This document shows, piece after piece, positions 1 through 13,400 of a stretch of DNA of 64,000 bases. Made by a program: the position numbers and the translations under genes. The stretch is from the NCBI RefSeq assembly GCF_009914755.1, contig NC_060944.1, one strand, 5' to 3'. The DNA comes from the human T2T-CHM13v2.0 reference genome, Homo sapiens. Under the pieces are notes generated by a model. It was not told the DNA's origin. It did no database searches and worked only from the letters and a program-made list of their open reading frames with translations. The first letter of the stretch is position 1. Every line of letters begins with the position of its first letter.

Positions 1-145
1 TCTCTGTGGGGAAATTGTGAGGGAGGATGTAGACTTCCACACAATCCTTGTCACTATCTTATTCGGGAATAAAATGGGAGGCAGGTTGGCCTGACGTGCT
101 TTGGCTTAGTGATTTTGGGGTCCCTAGATTTATTTTCCTTTCCCA
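1..145 (-). mobile_element. ERV1-class LTR fragment (MER4 family), 5' end; truncated by the window start
   Basis: The reverse complement reads GGAAAGGAAAATAAATCTAGGGACCCCAAAATCACTAAGCCAAAG...GCCAACCTGCCTCCCATTTTATTC, which resembles the start of MER4-type LTRs as recalled; no search was run. Confidence 0.65.
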
Positions 146-1164
146 AGTACTTATTACAAAGTAGCAGGCTTCAAACTTGGAGATCTCACAACCCCAAGTA
201 ACATTCTGTTAGAAACCATGGGACCACCCACACCGTTGCTGTGGACTACAAGCTCGTGTCACTGGCAGCTCAAAGTAGAAAGTATCAGACACCCCCCACC
301 TCGGGGGACCTCTGTTTCAGATCTCAGGTGACTCTTCACCTTGAAGACATTCAGCTTAATCAAAACCTCTTTTCTGACCCTTTGTGCCAGCCTTCCTGGA
401 GGGGGCTCCCCAAAGAAGGGTCTACTTCTTGTCCCCTACCTCCCCACATCCGCTAAGGGCTTCTACACAAACACAGGATGAAATGAGAGGAAGGTGGCCA
501 CCGGAACGGTGCTTAATGGCCAGGATGTTCTCTCCCTGATGTGTGCTGTTCCCATTACAGGTATTCACTTCTTGATGAAGCAATTTCCTATATAATGGCC
601 CCACATGGCAGGCTAAATGTGGAAAACCACCAAATAGAGGCAGAAATATAAAGACACTTTGGATCATCATTTGCAGAAGGCAAAATAGCTGCAGGCAGCT
701 TGTGGTTGAGACACTCAGTAATGGTACTGGCCAGGCACGGAAAGCATCCACAGACACAGCTCACAGGTGCAGCGTGGAGAATTCCAACCAGCCAAGGGGC
801 CCAGGCAGGCCTCCGAGGAAGGACGCTTGACCTGAGACTTCCCCCTTATCATGGTCAAAGTGAGGGTGTCCCTGCTGGAGCCCCTGCAAAGGCCCGAGGG
901 AGCCGGGACCTTAGAGTCTGGGGACTGCATACAGCCCACTTTGAGGAAGCCTTCTTGGTTTGAGGAGGGGGTTGAAGGGCAGCATCATGGACCCTGGGTT
1001 GAGAAGGAGGTGGAGACCAGCGGGGTGAGGGGCTCCACCTTGACTCAACTCCCTAGATGGCAACTGATGGGGGCTGGTCTAGAGGGCTCTCTCCTAGGTG
1101 AGGGGCTAGACCTGAAGCTCTTGTGCTTCCTCAGCCCTAGTCCCCTTCATGGGGACAGGAATGG

Positions 1165-1885
1165 TGTGTGATGGTGCATTCATAGATGTGCATGCACACA
1201 TACAGGCATGTACATTTGTACACAGACATGCACACAGAAATGTGCATGCATAGGCCCACACAGCAGACAGGCACATGCACACAGGTGTGTACACAGAGAT
1301 GCACACACACGTACACACAGATGTGTACGCAGAGAGGCACGCACATTCACACACAGATGTGTACACAGAGAGGCACACGCACATACACACACAGATGTGT
1401 ACACAGAGAGGCACGCGCACATGCACACACGTGTACACAGAGAGGCACGCGCACATGCACACAGATGTGTACACAGAGAGGCACGCGCACACGTACACAC
1501 AGATGTGTACACAGATGCACGCACACACGTACACACAGATGTGTACACAGAGGCACGCACACGCACACACAGATGTGTACACAGAGAGGTACGCACACGT
1601 ACACACAGATGTGTACACAGAGAGGCACGCACACATGCACACACAGATGTGTACACAGAGAGGCACGCACACACACACACAGATGTGTACACAGAGGCAC
1701 GCACACACGCACACAGATGTGTACACAGAGGCACGTGCACATGCACACACATGTACACAGAGAGGCACGCGCACATGCACACAGATGTGTACACAGAGAT
1801 GCACACATGCACACAGAAATGGGCATGCACATGCACACAGATGTACACACATGGATGTTCACACACACACACATGCACGCAAACA
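1165..1885. repeat. CA-rich degenerate minisatellite (core CACACAGATGTGTACACAGAGAGGCACGCACA, ~35-40 bp units)
   Basis: The tandem recurrence is directly visible, and the overlapping C/V/H/T-rich ORFs in all six frames are its by-product. Confidence 0.92.
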
Positions 1886-2009
1886 CAGCCCCTCTGCAGC
1901 TCTGCTGTCTGCCTCAGGTGGGGGCCATGCTGGGTGAAACTGTCATTTCTCCCTGTCTATAAGCTCCTGCCTTGAGGCTATGAAGACAAGAGGATGTGAA
2001 CTGCTCTCT

Positions 2010-2105
2010 GGAGGCAGAAGACGTGGGTTCAAATCTTGGCTCTTCTCTGGGCCTCAGGTTTCTGGTCTGTAGACTAGGATATTGGAGTTTTACTCACGTT
2101 ACTGG
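2010..2105 (+). mobile_element. MIR SINE fragment
   Basis: GACGTGGGTTCAAATCTTGGCTCT...GCCTCAGGTTTCTGGTCTGTAG resembles the MIR core. Confidence 0.4.
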
Positions 2106-3289
2106 AGGGATGAGGGCCCTAAATCAGGAGCTGGGAACTGGTGCATGGTAAGTTGTGGGAGTGGAGGACTGTGGAGAAGGACAGGCCTTCCCTAGGTGAG
2201 GTGCTACTACTGTGGAAAGTGGTCTAGTTTCCCCTCTGCCCCTATGGGCACCCAGTGGAAGAAGCTGGTGGTCAGTGATGGGCGGACTAGTCCTGAGGTC
2301 CTAAGACTGGAGTGTCTGGATGATCAGTGTGACCTCTCAGAGAAGAGGTGCACACCTAGGGGTCTGGCTAAGGGAAGGGGAGGGTGTCAGTACAGGAACT
2401 GCAGGGACTAGGTCAGGCTGGGTACACAGAGGCAAGGACAGGGTCGTGAGGCTGGTGCTTGATGAGAAAAGCTCAGTCTAGACATCTGGGCCTAGGCCCC
2501 AAGAAGAGTGGGGATCAGGCCTTCATGGGTGGTGTTGGAGAGCCCTGAACAGGATGTGACTTGGTCTTCCCTGTGGAGAACTCAGGAGACTAGCTGGACC
2601 ATTCAGGTATTTAAGGAGCAATGTCAGTGTGCCAGGAACTCTCGGGGAGCTTATATCCCAGTGGAAGAGACAGCTCACCTCTTTGAGCTTTCTGGCAAAG
2701 TCAAGGGTGCTGAGTGCTGTGTCAGGGCCATCCAAAGGTCCTGAGATGAGTGGGACTTGGAGGAGGTCAGTCAGGACCAGCCTCGTTGTGGGTGTTGAAA
2801 CACAGGAGTATCTGTGTGGAGGAGGCCTGGGGGGCTCCTGGCAGGGAGCGGGGCGCAGAGGAGCACGAGGTCCTCAAGGTTCTCAGTGGTGGCATCAGGA
2901 GTGCCCAGGTCAACTTGTCCTGGGCAGAGGATGGGTTCAGAAGAGAACATCGGCTGTGTATCCTTTGTATCTTCCAGAGGTACACAGCCCTCCCCAGCCG
3001 CCCTCCAACCTCAGGACAAAGTGTGGGTGTGCGTTTGGCTCCTGCGTTCCCCTGTCTCCTTTGTCCACAGGATGCTCTTGGCTGCCAGGAGGTTCCCACT
3101 CCTCATCTTTCCAGGCCCGGGTCAGAGGCACTGAAGTCAGAAACAGAGGTGGCAATTCCAACCTAAAAGCACAAATTACAGACAAGTCTCCCTCCTGCAG
3201 GTTTCCATTTGCATCTGGCTTTTGTGTGGCACTAGAAGAGATCAGCTTTTTGCAAGCATGGGGCTGATGAACGCATTTGCACAAAGGGA

Positions 3290-3414
3290 GACGGCGGAGT
3301 AGCAGGAGTTTGCAAGCTGCTTCATTAACTTGGAGCCAGTGGAATGTCTGGGATCGTCTGTGATTTGGAAACCGGTGGCAGAATGTTCCCGCGTTTCTGG
3401 TCCTCATCAGTCAG
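3290..3414 (+). other. MYT1: Candidate upstream alternative non-coding first exon of MYT1 (5' end approximate)
   Basis: Good donor CAG|GTAGGT at 3414/3415 at the end of a non-repetitive block. An octamer ATTTGCAT (3207-3214) overlapping E-box CATCTG (3212-3217) and a SOX-like ACAAAG (3281-3286) lie just upstream. The position fits my recollection of an annotated MYT1 start ~12.7 kb upstream of the main exon 1 (unverified). Confidence 0.45.
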
Positions 3415-3973
3415 GTAGGTTGAGGGGAGCCCAAGACGAGCTTGTGGCTGCAGCGAGGGTGCAGGATGGGTACACATCTCGGTGGTCCAGCTGGGTCTCA
3501 GCTACCTTGAATCTGACCCACGGGCTTTGTGTGGTCTCAGGGCTTGTGTGTGTGTGTTTGGTCCGCTGTGTACCTGGTGTGCACACATTGCCTGTCACGT
3601 GGGTCTCTGTTGGAAGCTCTTGCCCGTCGGTTCTTCATGTGGTGCTGTCGGACATCTACTGGTCTTTGAGCCTCCAAGTCTGTGTTGGCTGCTGCAGGTC
3701 GGGGCCTGGGACTTTGTGTACCAGTGACGTGGCCCCACTGAGGCCCCGTTCCTGACTCAGCCATGCTGTCATGGCCCTCAGAAAAGATCTATCATTTCTT
3801 TGATCCTGTAAAACAAGTAAATTCAGTCTTCCTGTGAGGCACGGTGATGATTCACTGGAATCATCCCAGTGTGTAAGGGTACTTCCTCCTGCCGGGACTG
3901 CCAGGCGGGACGGCTTCCTGCAGACTCAGAGGGTCCAAGGCAGGGTTTCCAAGCAGACTTTGCAGCTGGATGA

Positions 3974-4375
<402 letters not shown>

Positions 4376-4904
4376 TGACAGCCCCTTCTTTAGAGCCGGT
4401 GCCTCGGGCTCCCAGGCTCGGGGTGGGGCTCACACCCCTCCTCTCATGATCTTGCTTATCCCTTGGGGTGGGGGGGGACCTGTGTCCTCCCAACCCCAAG
4501 CACACAGCTGTCACCCCAGGTCACCTCCTCTGCCTTTCTCCCAGCACCCTGCATGCTCTGGCCTGGGCAGCCCCCTCCCCCTGTGCCCTTGGTGGCATTT
4601 GCATACAGGTGCCCTTGCAGCTGAAGTGTTGGGGCAGGGCCAGCAAACCCACGCCCGAGAGGGCCAGTGGCTCTTGGCACAGGTGGTGGGACAATGGCCA
4701 CTCAGAACACGGCTGCGCTCCCCTGCCGCCTCCTTGGGGCTCACACCTTGCTCGGTTTAGTCGCTGTCTGAGCCTTAGTTCCTGGTCATAACTGGGCTGT
4801 GCGGGGCTTGGGGCCTCATATGAGGAGGAACTGATGGCCTGTGTGTGCTGGCAGAGGAGGCGGTGTCATCCCGGCGGGTCTCTGCAGATCCACTGCACAA
4901 ACAC

Positions 4905-5455
4905 TGCATGTGTGTATGTGCAGTGTGTGTGTTTATGTAGTGTGTTTGTGTGTCTGTATATATGCGTGTGATGTGTATATGGTGTGTATGTGTGTTTGTG
5001 TTGTGTGTATGTGTGTGGTGTGTTTGAGGTGTGCGTGTATTTGTGTGTCTGTGTGTGTGTGGTATGTATATGGTGTGTATGTCTGTGTGTGGTGTGTGTG
5101 TGTGTCTGTGGGTCTGTGGGGTCTGTTTGATGTATGTGGTGTGTGTATGTGTGTGTCTGTGTGTGTGTGTGGTGTGTATATTGTGTGTATGTCTGTGTGT
5201 GGTGTGTGTGTCTGTGGGTCTGTGGGGTCTGAGGTATGTGGTGTGTGTGTGTTTGTGTGTGTCTGTGTGTGTGTGTGGTGTCTATATGGTGTGTATGTCT
5301 GTGTGTGTGCCTGCATGTGTGGGGTGTGTGTGTGGGGTCTGTTGTGTGTATGTGGTATGTGTGTATGTGTGTGTGGTGTGTATATGGTGTGTATGTCTGT
5401 ATGTCTGTGTGTCTGTGCATTTGTGGGGTGTGTGTAGGGTCTGTTGTGTGTGGTG
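4905..5455. repeat. TG-rich low-complexity/degenerate microsatellite
   Basis: About 550 bp of interrupted (TG)n with recurring GGTGTGTATGTCTGTGTGT. Confidence 0.92.
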
Positions 5456-5728
5456 GATGGAAGGGCCTCCCGGGGCTCTTGGATTTGGAGGGCCCACGCT
5501 GCTCTGGCCTGGGAAGGTGGGGTTATCTGGAGGGTATATTAGGCTGGGGTCCTGGGGAAGGTTCTGGGGCTCTAGGCAGAGCTCCTGGTCGGGTGCAGGC
5601 ACATGGGCTTGTTGGGCAGTCCCAGGCCTTCCAGGCTCCATGGCCCGTGTTCCCTGTTGTTCTGGTGGGTGTGCCCTTTAGGCACCTGCCCAGGGTCCCC
5701 TGTGCCATCCCAGCTGCCCCAACACTGT

Positions 5729-5851
5729 GTGCCCCGGCTCTGCTCCTGGACCCCACGCCGCGTGCCCCGGCTCTGCTCCTGGACCCCACGCCGTGTGCCC
5801 TGGCTCTGCTCCTGGACCCCACGCCGCGTGCCCCGGCTCTGCTCCTGGACC
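5729..5851. repeat. 33-bp minisatellite, ~3.7 copies (GTGCCCCGGCTCTGCTCCTGGACCCCACGCCGC)
   Basis: Units start at 5729, 5762, 5795 and 5828. Confidence 0.93.
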
Positions 5852-8800
5852 TCCGCATGCCTCCTGCTCACTCCAGGGCAGAAACCTCCTGTCCTGGCTC
5901 TGCCTCCCTTTGAAGCCTAGCAGGGGACCCCTCTGGCCCTGGGTCTGTCCCTCCTGAGCTCTCATTTGAGGAAGGCACCAGTGAGGCCCTTCTTTGGCTC
6001 AGATCCAGCCTTTGGTGCCAGACGGTCCAGGGCGTCAGTCCCAGCTTTGTCTGGGAGCTGCGGGCCCTCGACCCTTCTGAGCCCACCTACAAGTTGGGAA
6101 CAACATTGTGGACCCTCAGGGGACTAAAGGATGAAGCTGCCCTGTGCCCGGCACCAATAGGAGCATCCTCGTTCCTCCTCCTCAGGGGCTGGACCCATAG
6201 CTTGAGTGGCAGTGGGGACATCCAACCTGGCTTCCTCAGTGGGGTTTGGCCATGGAGGTGCTCAGGGTGTGCTTGTTGGAATGATGGGGGATCTCGCTCT
6301 GGGATCTGTCTCCTAGACCCTGTCCAGGGCTCCAGCTGCCCCTTCCCTCTCTGGGCTCCCAGCTGGGATGGGAGGGCCTTGGGCACAGGCTGTAGAGCCC
6401 CTGTGGTCGGCTCCCACCCCTCCCCAGAGTGCTGCATGTGAGGATGGGGACTGCCTCACTCAGGAAGCCATCCTGTCATCCCAGAGTGTGGTGTTGGCCT
6501 CGAACTGGCTCTTGATCTCCCATGTGGGGCATGGCTGGAACCATCCCAGGGTCAGTGTGTCTCAGGCTCCAGCTTGGGCATCTTGGGACAGAGACTGGAG
6601 GGGTGTTTCTCCCAACATGGCCAGGCCAGCGTGGCTGTCATCCTTGGACATCAGTCAGCAGCTGGCCAGTGCCTACCGGTTCCACCAAGCTCCATTCTTG
6701 GGAATGCAGGGCCCGGACATTCAGTCCAGAGACTTTCCCTCCCGGGGCTCTGCTGGGGGTGCCCCTCCCCATGAGCCCATCTTGACATTTGTGAGCCCTG
6801 CTCTGTCTGCTAATGAGCGATCTTCACCAGTCCAGCCTGCCATGGCAACCGCCCGCAGCCTCGCTCTCTGTCCAGGCACCCGGTAGCTTTATCTCCGAGG
6901 CCATCTGTTCTGGGAGCACAATTCCAAAGCCATTTAAACAGAGCCTGGAGCAGGGCAAGGCGCTGGGCCCTCTGTCCTCACACGTGTCTGTGCACACACT
7001 CAGGCACACACACGCACATGCACATGCTGATGTGGTGTGACCCCTGCAGGGTGGAAGGTGATGACAGGGACAGTCAGGGTGCCCCACCGGCTGCTCCCTT
7101 TTCCTGCTGTCACCGAGCCGGTTCCTGGGCACCCTGGTGGTCGGCCAGTCTGTGTCCTCCTCTCTTTCTCTGTGTTCCTCACCTCTCTGTCCATCTGTGT
7201 GTCTGAGCCGGCCTGGTTTCTGCCTCACCTCTCTGCCTGTGGGCCACCTCTCCCTCTCCATCCTTTGTCTCCTTTCCTGCCCCTGTCTGTGTCCGTCTCT
7301 GTGTTTAATCGCCTTGACCCTGGTCCCTGGACCCCCTCCCTGGCCATTGCCTCTGTTTCTTTGGCCTTTGTCTCCAGCTCGTATCTCTCCTACTGGTTCA
7401 GCTGCTTTTTGCCTTTGGCTATCGTTCTGTGCTGGTAGGACCAGGACATCAGGGGGTTTCCACCCCTGCCTCACCCTCTTGGATGCTCCTAGAACAGTCA
7501 GGCAGGGGCCTGTCCCTCACTGTTCTCCTGGTCCACTCTGGGCGCACCTGTCTCTCCTCCCCACTTTCCTCTGCCTCAGGGTGGCCAGGTCATGAGGCGG
7601 GTGGGGGGGCGGGGGTACTTTCTCGTACTGCTCTTAGCTTCCTGGGCCCAGTGCCCAGGGTAGTGCCTTCAGCCTGAGCTTCTTACTCTCCAAGCCCTTC
7701 ACTCTGAGCTCCTCCCTCTGAGCCCAGTCCCGCTGTTCATTGAATGTGCTTCCGTTTCCCGCCCTGCGGCCTTCACTCATGCTGTGCCCTCACCCTTTCC
7801 TGGTCAGGCCTCCCTGTCAGGAGCTTCTGTCTCTCTCTCCACAGGGCTGGACAGATGCAGCATCCTGGGCTCAGCATGGAGCCTCCTGGCTTCCCCAAAC
7901 CACGCATGGCTGAGCTTGCAGCCTTGTTCAGCTGACCCTGCCCTGCAGGCCCCTCTGAGCTCCACAGAGCGTTGACACCAGTCTGACTTCCAGGGGGATG
8001 GGAAGGAAGCCCCTCTGCAGCTGCTTCCAGTTCTTCCTGAGGCCTGGCCTAGGCTGCCCCTGCTGCAGGGAGCTGTCTCCTCTGGTGCCACAGCAGTCAC
8101 GGTGACTTTGCCTTCTCCTGCCGGTGCCCCCAGCCCTCAGCTGTCTCTCCTCTGTCTTTCCTCTGTCCCCACATCCTTTGTCTCCTGGGCTGGGCTGTTG
8201 CTGAGGCTGCTGTGAGATGCACAGATCCCCAGGACCCTTGGGCTGGCCCCCTCAGAGGCTTGAGGGCCTGGTGACCTGGGTCCTCTGAGCAGCTTCTGTC
8301 CTCCAGGTCACTCTGCTGTTTCAGCATCCCCACAGCCCAGCCAACCCCCTAGGATGCCGCCTTCCAAGGTCATGGCCCTGGGTCAGGGCAGAGCAGGCAG
8401 AGGAGCCGTATGGGCAGACCAGAGGGGCTTCATAGGTGCCCCTGTATTGGGTGCCCTACTAAAGCAGAAACCAGTGCCAGCCTAGACAGCGATGACCAGC
8501 AGCCTGTGACCTCTGGAGCCCGGGATGTGTCCGGACATATCACGTCAGCCCAGGTGGCGCTGAGTGCTGGGAACCCAGCTATGGTGGGTGATGTCCAGAC
8601 GGCTTCCCTTGGGTCAGCTGCAGCCCGGCTTCCTGTTGAGGGCAGGGAGGTACAGTGGCTACACGCAGCCCTGAGGGAGGCTGAGGTATTGCCACCTTCA
8701 ATAGCCAGAGCTGCATCCCACACACGGGGCTGGACTCTCCCGGCTGTGGGGTGAGGCTGGGCCGCATGGCCTATGGCAAATGCCCCTCAAACCCTAATGC

Positions 8801-9271
8801 ATCCACGGTCAACCTGGTGAGTTCTGACTCAGCCTGGCCAGGTTCCCCTGGAGCTGGCCCCCTGAGCACGTGTTGAGTTGGGGTGGGGGAGCTGGAGGGC
8901 CTTTCTCGAGCAGAACTTCAGAGAGGAGCGCTGGCCCTGTCTTTCCTGATTCTGAACGTGTCCAAGTCGTTTCATCACGTGATGGATTACCAGGCTGGTT
9001 GGTTCTACCGAAAGGCAGCAGCACAAGCTTTTCCTGGATTTCTCACCATTGTTCCTTTAAATAATCAGTCTTAATTAACTCCATCCGAAGAACATATTTT
9101 CCCCAAGGGTAGGGAGTCCCAGTCAGGTGGAGCAAGTTGGAACTGCAAACTGCATTTGATAGCTGTGGTGTTGGGAGGAGCCCCCTGGCTACTGCGAGGG
9201 GTGTCTCCGTGATGGGCGGGCAGATGGATCAGCACCAACCCCTGCTGGCACTTTCTGACATTTCTGTTGCC

Positions 9272-9331
9272 CTCATTTGATAGATCGGGAAACTGAGTCA
9301 CAGAAAGGTTTGGCAATCTGCCCCAGGTCAC
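9272..9331 (-). mobile_element. MIR SINE core fragment
   Basis: CATTTGATAGATCGGGAAACTGAGTCACAGAAAGGTTTGGCAATCTGCCCCAGGTCAC resembles the reverse-complement MIR core (GAGGAAACTGAGGCACAGAGAGGTTAAGTAACTTGCCCAAGGTCAC). Confidence 0.6.
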
Positions 9332-9423
9332 TTCCCCTAAGCACAGACGTCCTTGTGGACGAGGAGAAGAGGCAGAACTCACAGGGGAAAACCCTTCTTC
9401 CACACAGCATCTGCTGTGGCCAG

Positions 9424-10460
9424 CTGCCCCCACCTGCCCCTGTCCCCACCTGTCCCTGTCCCCAACCTGCCCCACCTGTCCCCGTCCCCACCTGCTCCTG
9501 TCCCCACCTTTCCCATCTGCCCCTGTCCCCATCCTGTCCCCACCTGCCCCACCTGCCCCACCCATCCCTGTGCCCAACCTGCCCCACCTGCCCCTGTCCC
9601 CACCTGTTCCTGTCCCTACCTGCCCCACTTGTCCCTGTCCTCACCTGCCCCACCTACCCCTGCCCCCACCTGCCCCTGTCCCTGCCTATCCTTGTCCTGC
9701 CCACCTGTTCATGTCCTCACCTGTTCCTGTCCCCCACCTGCCCCTGTCCTCACCTGCCCCACCTGCTCCATCCCACCTGTCCCTGTCCCCACCTGTCTTT
9801 GTCTCCACCTGCCCCATCCCCACCTGCCCCACCTGCCCCTGTCCTCACCTGTCCCACCTGCCCCTGTCCCCACCTGCCCAACCTGTCTGTGTCCCCCACC
9901 TGCCCCTCTGGTCCCTGCCACCACCTGCCCCACCTACCCCTTTCCCCTACCTGCCCCACATGCCCCACCTGTGTCCCCCACCTGCTCCACCTGCCCCACT
10001 TGTCTGTGTCCCCCACCTGCCCCACTTGTCTGTGTCCCCCACCTGCTCCACTGGCCCCTGCCACCACCTGCCCCACCTACCCCTTTCCCCGACCTGCCCC
10101 ACCTGTCCCTGTCCCCACCTGCCCCACCTGCCCCTGTCCTCACCTGCCCAACCTGTCTGTGTCCCCCACCTGCCCCACTGGTCCCTGCCACCACCTGCCC
10201 CACCTGACCCCGCCCCTCTTCTACCTTCCTGACCCCATCCCCTCCCCTCCCCCTACTTGCTCCACCTGTCTCACCACTGCCATATGCCCCTCCTGGCCCC
10301 ACCTGTCCTACCTGTCTCCCCTGCCTCCAACCTGCCCCTCTTTTGCCCCCCACATGTCCCCCCTCCCCCCTCCTACCTCCACCTGCCCCACCTGTCTCCC
10401 CACCCCTACCTGCCCCTCTTGGCCTCCCACTTGTCCCCCCTGCACCCACCTGCTTCCTCC
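9424..10460. repeat. C-rich degenerate tandem repeat built from CCCCACCTG/CCCTGT; G-quadruplex-prone on the - strand
   Basis: About 1 kb of reiterated CCCCACCTG(T/C); it generates the spurious P/C/T-rich ORFs. Confidence 0.92.
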
Positions 10461-13400
10461 TGCTTCTCCTGCACGCTCACCAGCCTCTGAGCACCTTCAC
10501 CCCTCGATGTTCTCTCCTCTAAACAAGATGACTCACCATTTATTTCCAGCCTAATCTCTGCCCCCAGCCTCAGCCTCCATACTGTCACCCTTGTTGACGG
10601 TGTCACCTGGTGACTAACAGGCGCTCAGACATCCCAGCAGAGCCAGCAACTCCCACAAATCTGCCCTCCTTCAGCGTCTCCCTCTCAGGGGGTGCTGCCG
10701 CCCACCTCATGGCTCTGGCCAGCCCTGGAGTCTCCTGTGGCCTCTCTGTCCCTACCACATCCAGACCCTCAGCAACCCGATTCATTCCTGAGGGGGTGTC
10801 CCAACTCGAATGCAATTCGTCACTTCTCTTGGGACACCCTTTACCGTCTATTGCCGCCCAGTAGCACTCACCATAGACCTCACTGAAGATGTAAATGTTA
10901 AACATTTTGCTCTTGGTCACCCAGCTGGGAGGGGCCGGTCAGGGGTCAGTCCAGATCTGCCTCCTCCAAAGGTTTGAACCCTCCATACTCCGGGCCTCCC
11001 CCTCAGTGCTGCCCTGGATGGGAGAGACTAGCCTGGACTTGGCCACGTGTTGGTAGAGGTAAGCCAGCATCACCTGGGCCTCCACCTGTCCCCTGCAGGG
11101 ACAGACACCTGCAGAACCTGAGGACCAGGAGGTGACCCTGAGCTGCCTGGGGTGATGGGAGCTTCCCTCGGCATCAGGGGAAGCTGGCCCAGAGGACAGC
11201 CGGGCTCCATGGTGAGGCCAAGTTCATCGTTTCAAAGGGCCCCTGTGGGCAGTGAAAGGTCGTGGGCCCAGTTCGAGGGACTAGGAATCATTCTGGAAGA
11301 GGCCTCTGCAGTGCCCACCTTCACTCCCATCCACACACCCTGCCCCTCCCTGGCCCTGGCGCGGCTGTAGCTGCTGGAAGGTCCAGGTCCTTCTGGGCAG
11401 CCCTCTCTCCCTGCCCTTTCCTTCCTGCACACCCCACCCTCTGCCTGCAGGGCCTGAGGTTGTCGAGGGATTCTTGACTTCTACAGTTTGCCTCCCCCTG
11501 GCACCTCCCACCATACCTTCTGCCTGGGATCTGGTGGTGGGGAGTCAACCACACCAGCTGAGGGCCCTCAGGGGCCTTGTCTCAACAGGCAGTGATTGGG
11601 TTGTAGGGAGCGAGACCTGACCCCACTCATGCATCCTGGCTGGTTCCCCACCAGGTTTCAGGCTGGACCTAGTGTGGCAGTTCCGAGAGAGGAAGCGGGG
11701 GAAGGGATGCATCTTCAGGAAGGGCCCCCTCCCCTCACTCACTGTGAGTCCATTACTGTGTGGGAAGGGCTGTGTCTCTGCCTCCCCTCACTCCCCTTCC
11801 CTGGCCCTGCGGGGTGGGGGAGAGATTGTCTGGGGCCTGAGCCCATTGTGTGGAGAAGAGAGCCTCATTGGCAGGCAGCCGGGGCATCAATTTGTGATTA
11901 TCTGCTCCCTGGTCTTGATTGGCTGGATGCAGTGGGGTCTCCCCAGGGCCCTGGGACACAAGTTTGTGCAGCAACTTTTTCCAGCATGAAGTGACGTGTG
12001 TTCCCAGAGAGAAGGTGCACCCCCTGGCCAGGATGACGCTCTGCGGGACCTTCCTGGGTGCGTACCACCCCCAGCCCCTCGCGTCCCTCCCTGGTCTGTT
12101 CACAAGTTTCTGCGAAGATGCCAAAGGGACTAATTAGCTGTGTGTGTCCCCCCCTCAGAGCTCAGTGCTCTTTTCTGGGCAGCCAAGGAGGTGACAGACA
12201 TGCTCCCTCCTGAACAATGGCCAGGGCCCCTGGGGAAACAGCCACCTCCCCTTCTAGCGGATCCCGTGGCTTGCAGAAGTGCTGACGGCACAGAGCCCTG
12301 TGAACGCTGCCCTGCAGAAGGTTGGAGGTGGGAGGGCGGTGGGCAGGGTGTGTGCAGAGGCCAGCTGGGCCTTCTTTCTGTTGATTTACCTGCCTGGATC
12401 TGCCTGGCAGGCCATATAGCTGGTGGGTGTCAGGAGCCCTTGGCCTGGAGCAAGGCTCTGTGAGACTCTGTGAGAAGGTGGCAGAGAGAATGTGTGTGCG
12501 CGCGCGCGTGCGCGCGACAGATGTCCCCTGGGACTTAACTGTAGCTAAGGGGCTTTGGCCAGGGCCGCTGCTGCTTGCGTCCTCATCACACTCAAAGTTG
12601 CTGTGTGTGTGAGTGCACGTGTGTGAGTGTGCATATGTATGTGAGGGTCTCACAAACTGGATGCCAAATGTTTGTGAGCGTCTGCGTGAGTGTGAGACAG
12701 AAACACAAAGTCAGCCCCGAGTGTGGCGGAGAGTGGATCCCGGTTTTGTTTGCTCCATCTGCCAGGGCCGGCCTGGGGCAGCACCCCCGCCCTCAGCTGT
12801 TCTATACAATATTAATGCTCACCATCTCGGCCTCACACAACGGCCCTAATTGTCGTCTGCAGCATTAAGGCAGGCGCCCATCTGCGGGGAAGCTTTCAGA
12901 AGGAAACAAGAAAACCCTCACCCCCAGCTGGTCACCGGAGAAGGTGGTGCCAATTACAGATGCAGAAAGTTTAGACCAAAATTACTTGAAAGAGTTTTTA
13001 TGAAGCAAATGAACTGACACTTGGAATGTCTGTGTGCAGATTTGCACAAGTAATTACACTTTATTTGAAATGATCTTACCAGCTAAGCGATCATTAAGCC
13101 TGCTCCCCCACTCACACAAAGCGCTTTCTCAGCGAGTGCGGCTGCGGCGTAAGTTTGGTTTTGCAAATCTCCCGTTTCCCTCCCCGTGTGGAGTCTGAGG
13201 ACCCGCCAGTCAGACAGGAGTTATTTCCTGGTGGATCTTTCCAAACATATTATTAAAAAGTCACATGTGACTTTCCCACAGACTTTTATGAAATAAAACC
13301 CAAAGGAACAGCGTGCAACATGCTCAGTTATGGAAGAGAAAATATTTTATGATTTCAAAAAGTCCTGACAAATTTTCACCCTCTCTAAGAAAGGAAGCTT

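Noticed and set aside
150-1130. Possible ERV internal or env remnant next to the MER4 LTR
   Set aside because: No recognisable retroviral peptide in any frame; a Dfam search is needed before making a call.
1106-1975. Cys/His-rich ORFs resembling metallothionein or zinc-finger proteins (also 4841-5913 and 31980-32785)
   Set aside because: They are translations of (CA/TG)n low-complexity DNA and are open in most frames.
9071-10554. 425-aa Pro/Cys-rich ORF resembling keratin-associated or mucin-like proteins
   Set aside because: It is a product of the CCCCACCTG repeat, starts in a MIR fragment, and has overlapping ORFs in many frames.
12966-12972. MYT1 autoregulatory AAAGTTT motif
   Set aside because: It is a single short motif with scattered similar hexamers and is not distinguishable from chance without ChIP data.
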